DNA of 57,210 bases from Verrucomicrobia bacterium UBA1211 (GTDB lineage Bacteria; Verrucomicrobiota; Kiritimatiellia; RFP12; UBA1067), in assembly GCA_002309585.1 (NCBI GenBank), contig DBXN01000140.1, positions 23,780-80,989 of the forward strand, written 5' to 3'. Positions within the stretch are counted from its first letter, which is position 1. The number at the start of each line of letters is the position of its first letter. Below, in pieces: positions 51,684-57,210 of this stretch. A program made the position numbers and the translations under genes. The notes below the pieces were generated by a model. The model saw nothing but the letters and a program-made list of their open reading frames with translations. It was not told where the DNA came from and did not search any database.

Positions 51684-53752
51684 TGCGCGGGGCGGGCGGA
51701 ATGGCCGCGCTGTTCGCGCTGGCGGTCTGCGCTTGGGCGGAACCCCGTCCCGATCTCGTCGCGCGGGTGGCCGACGGCGAACTGAAAGAGGCACGCGCCT
51801 CCTGGTGGGGTTTCGATGCCGAGGACGCGACCCGCGCGCTTCAGGCGGCGATTCGTTCGCGTGTCCCCAAACTGATCATCGACAAAATGCCGAGTCCGTG
51901 GGTCGTCACGCCGTTGGAGGGCGTAAGCGACCAGACGCTCTTTTTCGAGCCGGGTACGGAGATTCGGGCGAAACCGGGGTGTTTCAAGGGAACCGGCGAT
52001 ATCCTCTTCTCCCTCAAATGCGTGACGAATGTCACCCTCTCGGGATATGGGGCGGTTTTGCGGATGCGGCGGGATGATTACGACAAGCCGCCCTATACCC
52101 ATGCCGAGTGGCGCCATACCCTTGCGATCCGCAGTTGCCGAAACATCAAGGTTTACGGTTTGACGTTGGCCGAGAGCGGCGGCGACGGCATCTATCTGGG
52201 CTCGGTCTCCGACAAATGGCCGAATACGGATGTCCATATCAAGGATGTCCTGTGCGATAAGAACTATCGTCAGGGAATCAGCGTGATCTCGGCCGACGGG
52301 CTTCTGATTGAGAATACTGTCATGCGCGGAACGCGCGGAACGGCGCCGCAGGCCGGAATCGATTTCGAGCCGAACCGGAACGGTGAGCGGCTTTCCCGTT
52401 GCGTGATGCGCGATTGCGTCACGGAGAACAACGAGGGCGACGGGTATCAGTTTTACCTGCCGAATCTGGTTCGTGATTCCGCGCCGCTGGACATCCGGCT
52501 GGAGCGGTGCCGTTCGACCGGCGACCGGAACGGATTCGATTTCACGACGGGGAATAGCGGTCCGCTCGCCGTGACGGGAAGTGTTACGGTCGCTGATTGC
52601 GTCTTCGAGCGTCCCCGGAATCAGGGGATCCGCATCACCGGCAAATCGGTCGAGGGACCTTCGATGCGGTTTGAACGTTGCCAGGTTCTTGATGTGCCCG
52701 CCGATCAGCGTTTTACCGATGTATCCCTTGCCGCGCGGAAGAAGGACCGGTTACCGCCGGGCGGGATTGTATTTGACCGGCTGACGGTCCGGCAGAGCGA
52801 GGCGCGGCCGTGGATCGCCCTGTGTAACGCAGGCCGGACCGGTGGGACAGTTGAGGCGCTTTCGGGCAGCGTGACGATCCGGGCGGAGGGCCGCGAGGAG
52901 ACGGTGCGTCTGGACGAGGCGTGGCGCCAGAAGGCCTTTCCACCCCGTTTCTCTGTCCGTATCCCCGAGGTGAAACACGATCTGAAGGATGCGGTCATGG
53001 TCGATCCTGAACCCGGGGCGATGCGGAAACATTCGATCCTCAAGATCCGGAACAACGCGCGTTATCTCTTCTTTGCGGAGAAAGGGCGCACCGTCCATTT
53101 CCTTGCCCGCCAGTTTCAGGTCGGGAAGTATCCGTTGTCGAAAAAGCCGATGTGGGTGGTGAGGCGCGATTGGAGCAAGACCGATTGGCGGTGTGGATTG
53201 ATGCCGTCCCGGAAGCCGACCGATAAACCGGATGGCGGTGTCACGTGGCTGGAGCAACTGCCGCTTCCCGGTTTTGAGTTGACGGAGGTTTCGGTTGTGG
53301 TTCCCGAACGCGGCTTCTATGCGCTGGAGGTGGATGTCGGGGCGAACGGTTTCGCGTTGGCGGCGGCCGACGTCCCGGTCGCGATCATGCTGGATGAGGG
53401 CGGGCAGGATCTCGTCTATACCCAGGGCGCGTTTTATCTCCCGGTGCCGAAGGGGACCGGGAAATTCGCGGTGGCGGTGTCGGGTGCGGATGATGTCGAG
53501 ACCGTCCAGGTGAAGCTATTTGATCCGGACGGAACGTTGGTTTGGCATCGGGACCCGGTGGGGGATTGGGAACGCTATGAGGCGCTGCATGACGAGGGGC
53601 TTGAGGGCGGTCTCTGGAAAGGCGAGCTGCTGCGTCCTTCCAAGGGCGTCCTGGAGGATTGCCGGATCGAGTTGTTCGGTCTCCCGCCCTATCTCTTCCT
53701 GACCGACAGCCGGTATTGGAGTTGGGGAATGGGGAGCGGGGAAGGGGAGTGA
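51683..53752 (+). CDS. Secreted right-handed parallel beta-helix repeat protein (polysaccharide lyase or hydrolase-like)
   Basis: Signal peptide after the ATG at 51683. That ATG shares one nt with the aminotransferase TGA. PbH1-like turns: GGDGIYLG, NYRQGISVIS, GIDFEPN, NEGDGYQFY. Confidence 0.6.
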   Translation: MRGAGGMAALFALAVCAWAEPRPDLVARVADGELKEARASWWGFDAEDATRALQAAIRSRVPKLIIDKMPSPWVVTPLEGVSDQTLFFEPGTEIRAKPGCFKGTGDILFSLKCVTNVTLSGYGAVLRMRRDDYDKPPYTHAEWRHTLAIRSCRNIKVYGLTLAESGGDGIYLGSVSDKWPNTDVHIKDVLCDKNYRQGISVISADGLLIENTVMRGTRGTAPQAGIDFEPNRNGERLSRCVMRDCVTENNEGDGYQFYLPNLVRDSAPLDIRLERCRSTGDRNGFDFTTGNSGPLAVTGSVTVADCVFERPRNQGIRITGKSVEGPSMRFERCQVLDVPADQRFTDVSLAARKKDRLPPGGIVFDRLTVRQSEARPWIALCNAGRTGGTVEALSGSVTIRAEGREETVRLDEAWRQKAFPPRFSVRIPEVKHDLKDAVMVDPEPGAMRKHSILKIRNNARYLFFAEKGRTVHFLARQFQVGKYPLSKKPMWVVRRDWSKTDWRCGLMPSRKPTDKPDGGVTWLEQLPLPGFELTEVSVVVPERGFYALEVDVGANGFALAAADVPVAIMLDEGGQDLVYTQGAFYLPVPKGTGKFAVAVSGADDVETVQVKLFDPDGTLVWHRDPVGDWERYEALHDEGLEGGLWKGELLRPSKGVLEDCRIELFGLPPYLFLTDSRYWSWGMGSGEGE

Positions 53753-53759
53753 CGGGACG

Positions 53760-54842
53760 ATGAGTTGCCCGAGAGAGCGGACACGGCGGATCCAAGTGGG
53801 GAATCTGGCGATCGGCGGCGGGGCGCCGGTGAGTGTCCAGACGATGGCGAACGCCGATCCGCATGATGCGGTGGCGCTTTTGGACCAGATCCGTGAAGCG
53901 GCGGATGCCGGATGCGATCTGGTCCGCCTGACGGTGCCCGACCCTGAGGCGGCGGTCGTCTTCGGGAAGGTCCGCGAGGCCTCCCCGCTCCCGCTTGTTG
54001 CGGATATCCATTTTGATTACCGGTTGGCGTTGGCCGCGTTGGATGCGGGTGCGGACGGGCTTCGGATCAACCCCGGTAATATCGGCGGGCCGGATAAGGT
54101 TCAGGCGGTGGTCGAGGCCGCGCGCAAACGGAACAATGTCCCGATCCGGATCGGGGTCAACGGCGGATCGCTTGAGAAAGAGGTTTTGGCGAAGTACGGC
54201 TCCGCTACGCCGGAGGCGCTGGTCGAGAGCGCGATGCGCCATGTCGCGCTGCTGGAGGCGGCGGAGTATCACGAGATTAAAATCTCTGTCAAGGCATCCG
54301 ATGTGCCGCGTACCCTGGCGGCCTATCGGCTGCTTTCAGCGCGGACCCGCTATCCGCTGCATCTGGGCGTGACGGAGGCGGGCACCTTCCTGCCGGGTAC
54401 GGTCCGTTCCTGTGTCGCGCTCGGCGCGCTGTTGCTGGAGGGAATCGGCGACACGATCCGCGTGTCGCTGACCGACCGTCCGGTGGAGGAGGTTCGGGTG
54501 GGGGTTGAGCTGTTGCGGAGTGTGGGATTGCGTGCGCCGGGCGCGTCGGTCACCTCCTGTCCGACCTGCGGACGGACGCAGGTCGATGTCGTCGGGATGG
54601 CGAAGGCGGTCGAGGCCCGGCTGGATCGTTTCTACCGCGCGCATCCCGATGCGCCGCGTCCCCATGTCGCAGTGATGGGGTGTGTGGTGAACGGACCCGG
54701 AGAGGCCAAAGGCGCGGACATCGCCGTCGCCGGTGGTAAGGGATGTTATGCGCTGTTCGTGAAGGGTGTGTTTGTCAAGACGTTGCCGGAGCATGAGACT
54801 TTGGCCGAGATCGAACGGCAGGTAGAGGAATATGAAGGTTAA
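53760..54842 (+). CDS. ispG: 4-hydroxy-3-methylbut-2-en-1-yl diphosphate synthase
   Basis: IQVGNLAIGGGAPVSVQTM, ADIHFDYRLA, INPGNIG, SCPTCGR...GCVVNGPGE (Fe-S Cys ligands). Confidence 0.9.
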   Translation: MSCPRERTRRIQVGNLAIGGGAPVSVQTMANADPHDAVALLDQIREAADAGCDLVRLTVPDPEAAVVFGKVREASPLPLVADIHFDYRLALAALDAGADGLRINPGNIGGPDKVQAVVEAARKRNNVPIRIGVNGGSLEKEVLAKYGSATPEALVESAMRHVALLEAAEYHEIKISVKASDVPRTLAAYRLLSARTRYPLHLGVTEAGTFLPGTVRSCVALGALLLEGIGDTIRVSLTDRPVEEVRVGVELLRSVGLRAPGASVTSCPTCGRTQVDVVGMAKAVEARLDRFYRAHPDAPRPHVAVMGCVVNGPGEAKGADIAVAGGKGCYALFVKGVFVKTLPEHETLAEIERQVEEYEG

Positions 54843-54890
54843 AAGATTAAAGGGTTAAAAGGTTAAAGAGGGGAACGGGGAATGGGGAAC
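54835..54890 (+). repeat. GGTTAAAAG units followed by GGGGAAC GGGGAAT GGGGAAC
   Basis: Begins inside the last codons of ispG. TAA recurs at 54840, 54848, 54856 and 54864. Confidence 0.8.
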
Positions 54891-54943
54891 GGATGTCGCG
54901 GATCTTTTCCTGACGGGACGGACGTGAGTTGACAGAGGAGGAG

Positions 54944-55525
54944 ATGATGAAGGATGCGTTGAAGTCGTATGCGGAGGCGCTGGCGGAGGCACTGGCGGCG
55001 AGTGATTGGGCGGCGTTGGAGCGGATCGGCGCGGTCTTGCTTGACGCGAAACAACAGGGGCGGACGGTCTACCTCTTCGGGAACGGCGGCAGTTCGGCGA
55101 CGGCCTCGCATGTGACCAACGACCTGCTGAAGGGGTGCCGTGTCGATGGACGGGTTGGGTTCAAGGCCTTCTGCCTGAGCGATTCCAGTACGCTGATGAC
55201 CTGTCTGGCGAACGATTTCGCGTATGAGGATGTCTATTCGATTCTGCTCCAGACCTACGCGCAGCCCGGCGATGTCGCCATCGCCTTCTCCGGCAGCGGT
55301 AACTCGCCGAATGTGGTGAAGGGTTTGATGACGGCCAGGGAGATGGGGTTGGTGACGGTCGGTCTTGGGGGACGTGACGGTGGGAGGATGAAGAGTTATT
55401 GCGACCACCTGCTGATCGCGCCTACGCAGTCGATGGAGATGCTGGAGGATCTGCATCTAATCTATTTCCACAATCTGGTTTGCGCGATGCGTGTCCGGCT
55501 TGGCGGGGGGAGCTGCGGATGCTGA
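54944..55525 (+). CDS. SIS-domain sugar-phosphate isomerase, GmhA (sedoheptulose-7-P isomerase)-like
   Basis: LFGNGGSSATASHVTNDL, AFSGSGNSPNV, and a late HLIYFH region. Start moved from the TTG at 54929 to the ATG after GAGGAGGAG. Confidence 0.7.
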   Translation: MMKDALKSYAEALAEALAASDWAALERIGAVLLDAKQQGRTVYLFGNGGSSATASHVTNDLLKGCRVDGRVGFKAFCLSDSSTLMTCLANDFAYEDVYSILLQTYAQPGDVAIAFSGSGNSPNVVKGLMTAREMGLVTVGLGGRDGGRMKSYCDHLLIAPTQSMEMLEDLHLIYFHNLVCAMRVRLGGGSCGC

Positions 55526-56415
55526 CGGGTGCCATCGATGGGGGCGGAACGAAGATCCTGACCGGCGTGGTGGCCGATGACGGTACCGTTGTGGCACGGC
55601 GGGAGGAGTTGGTGGTCTCCCGCGCGATCCCGGATTATTTCGCGCGGTGCGCGGCGATGTTGAAGGCGTGCGTGGCGGAGGCGGGTACCACGTTGGAGGC
55701 GTTGCGGGGTGTCGGGATGAGCGTGCCGGGCATGACCGATGGCCGCCAGGTGTTTGGGTCGCCCTCTGCCGGCTGGGGGGCGTTCTCGGCACTCGAACAA
55801 CTTCAGCCCCTGTTGGGTCTTCCCGCCGAGCGGATCCGTTTCGAGAACGATATTAACGCTTGCGCGCTGGCGGAACTTCGGCTGGGCGGAGGCGGCGATG
55901 ATTTTGTTTGGCTGACGGTGAGTACTGGGAATGGCGGGGCTGTGGTGGCGAACGGATTGCTGGTTCGGGGCCACCGTTTCTGCGCGGGGGAATTGGGTCA
56001 TCTCAAAGTCGAGTTTGACCATCCGTATCGATGCGGATGCGGCGCGATGGGCTGTCTGGAGGCGCATGCGTCGGGTCCGGCCATCGCGCGAATGGCGCAT
56101 GAGGCCGGTTTGTCGGTTGATGCGGCGGGATGCGCGGCGTTGGTCCGCGAGGGAAACGTCACGGCACGGCGGATCTACGATCGGGCAGGGCTCTATCTGG
56201 GGCGCGCGTTGGCGCAGGTTGCGAATGCGCTGAATATCGAGAAGGCCTATCTGGGGGGCGGCGTGTCGCGGTCGATCGATCTGCTGATGCCCGCGCTGAG
56301 GACGGAGTTTGACCGGTTGGTTCTGCCTCAATGCCGGGATGTGACGATTGAACGGACCCGGCTCGGGTGTGACGCATCGCTGCTGGGCGCGGCGAGCCTG
56401 TTCGGAAACGCATGA
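55519..56415 (+). CDS. ROK-family sugar kinase
   Basis: GAIDGGGTKI ATP motif, NDINACALAE, GELGH, and the Zn motif CGCGAMGCLE. Start ATG at 55519 overlaps the upstream stop (ATGCTGA). Confidence 0.7.
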   Translation: MLTGAIDGGGTKILTGVVADDGTVVARREELVVSRAIPDYFARCAAMLKACVAEAGTTLEALRGVGMSVPGMTDGRQVFGSPSAGWGAFSALEQLQPLLGLPAERIRFENDINACALAELRLGGGGDDFVWLTVSTGNGGAVVANGLLVRGHRFCAGELGHLKVEFDHPYRCGCGAMGCLEAHASGPAIARMAHEAGLSVDAAGCAALVREGNVTARRIYDRAGLYLGRALAQVANALNIEKAYLGGGVSRSIDLLMPALRTEFDRLVLPQCRDVTIERTRLGCDASLLGAASLFGNA

Positions 56416-56425
56416 GGATTGAGCG

Positions 56426-57210
56426 ATGATGAAACGATGGTGCGCGGGCGCGATCCTTGGGGTCGCATTGGTGGTGGCGTTGGCGTGGCGTTTGCCGAAA
56501 CTGGACGCGCGGCCGATGCATGGCGACGAGGCGAACCAGGCGGTCCGGACCGGACAGTTGATGGAGGGTGGGGGGTATCAGTACGATCCGACCGATCATC
56601 ATGGCCCGATCCTCTATTTCGCCGCGCTGCCCTTCTGCCGGGCGACGGCGAAGACCTTCGCGGAGACGACCGAATGGAACTTTCGGCTGGTTCCCGTCAC
56701 CTTCAGTCTGCTGACGCTTGTGCTGATGGCGCTGTTGGCGGGGAAACGGGAGGGGGAGAATCTCTATCTCAACAACGGCGGATTGCTGGCGGCATTGCTC
56801 TTGACCGCCTGTTCTCCGGCGATGGTCTACTATAACCGCTTTTTCATCCAGGAGTCGCAGTTGGTCGCCTTTCTGACGGGACTCTTTTTGTGCGGCTGCC
56901 GCTGTTCGGAGAGCGTGTCACCCCGCGCCCGTGTCGCCTGGGCGGTGGGGGGCGGCGTCTTCGCCGGACTGGCGATCGCCTCCAAGGAGACGGTGGTGCT
57001 TTCGTTTGCGGCGGCGGGTATCGCCGCATGGGCGGTCTTCGGCGTGAAACGGACGCTGACGGCGCTCTCGTGGCGCGAATGGGGATTCGCCGTTTTGGGC
57101 GCGGTGGCGGTGATCGTTCTCGCCTTCACCTCTGGCTTCACCCACATGCGCGGACTCTATGACGCGCTCTTCTCCACCGTTTCCGCCTATCTCCACCGGG
57201 CGACGGCGGT
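56426..57210 (+). CDS. Polytopic GT-C/ArnT-like membrane glycosyltransferase family protein (TIGR03663-like), 3' end outside the window
   Basis: This frame is absent from the ORF track because it stays open to the window end. MMKRWCAGAILGVALVV...PMHGDEANQAVRTGQLMEGGGYQYDPTDHHGPILYF is followed by further TM helices. Confidence 0.5.
   Translation, partial: MMKRWCAGAILGVALVVALAWRLPKLDARPMHGDEANQAVRTGQLMEGGGYQYDPTDHHGPILYFAALPFCRATAKTFAETTEWNFRLVPVTFSLLTLVLMALLAGKREGENLYLNNGGLLAALLLTACSPAMVYYNRFFIQESQLVAFLTGLFLCGCRCSESVSPRARVAWAVGGGVFAGLAIASKETVVLSFAAAGIAAWAVFGVKRTLTALSWREWGFAVLGAVAVIVLAFTSGFTHMRGLYDALFSTVSAYLHRATA

Overview
GC-rich bacterial chromosomal window of about 57 kb. Gene content suggests the PVC superphylum (Kiritimatiellota, Lentisphaerota or Verrucomicrobiota): DUF4159, Tat-exported hydrolases and many glycoside hydrolases. 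This taxonomic guess is inference only. I call 41 protein genes and found no rRNA, tRNA, CRISPR array, transposase or integrase. Three themes stand out. (1) Housekeeping genes: tatA-tatC, hisB, argG, nadB, queA, tsaC, ispG, an aminotransferase and an orphan PAS histidine kinase. (2) A 12-39 kb run of secreted glycan-degrading enzymes: CE15-like esterase, MBL hydrolase, GH20, metallophosphoesterase, GH78-like, GH89-like, SGNH, GH2+F5/8, and a sialate-O-acetylesterase/beta-helix fusion. Three of them carry twin-arginine signals. (3) A tightly overlapping 7-gene operon at 38.97-46.54 kb whose order mirrors apeH-apeP of aryl-polyene clusters. It has no ACP, ketoreductase or second KS, and it contains two gene fusions. 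The most unusual feature lies outside the genes. Almost every intergenic spacer is built from in-phase degenerate tandem heptamers and octamers (GGGGAAC, GTGACGG, NNCAGTG, CTCAACG, GGTTAAAAG, WTRTGGCA), arranged in a recurring module order. These include a ~170 bp element present twice at >90% identity, a 155 bp element bounded by 22 nt inverted repeats, G-quadruplex-type runs always on the sense strand, and several stop codons supplied by the first repeat unit. Many long antisense ORFs in the supplied track are GC-driven shadows and were rejected. All functional calls rest on motif recognition by eye; no database search was run.
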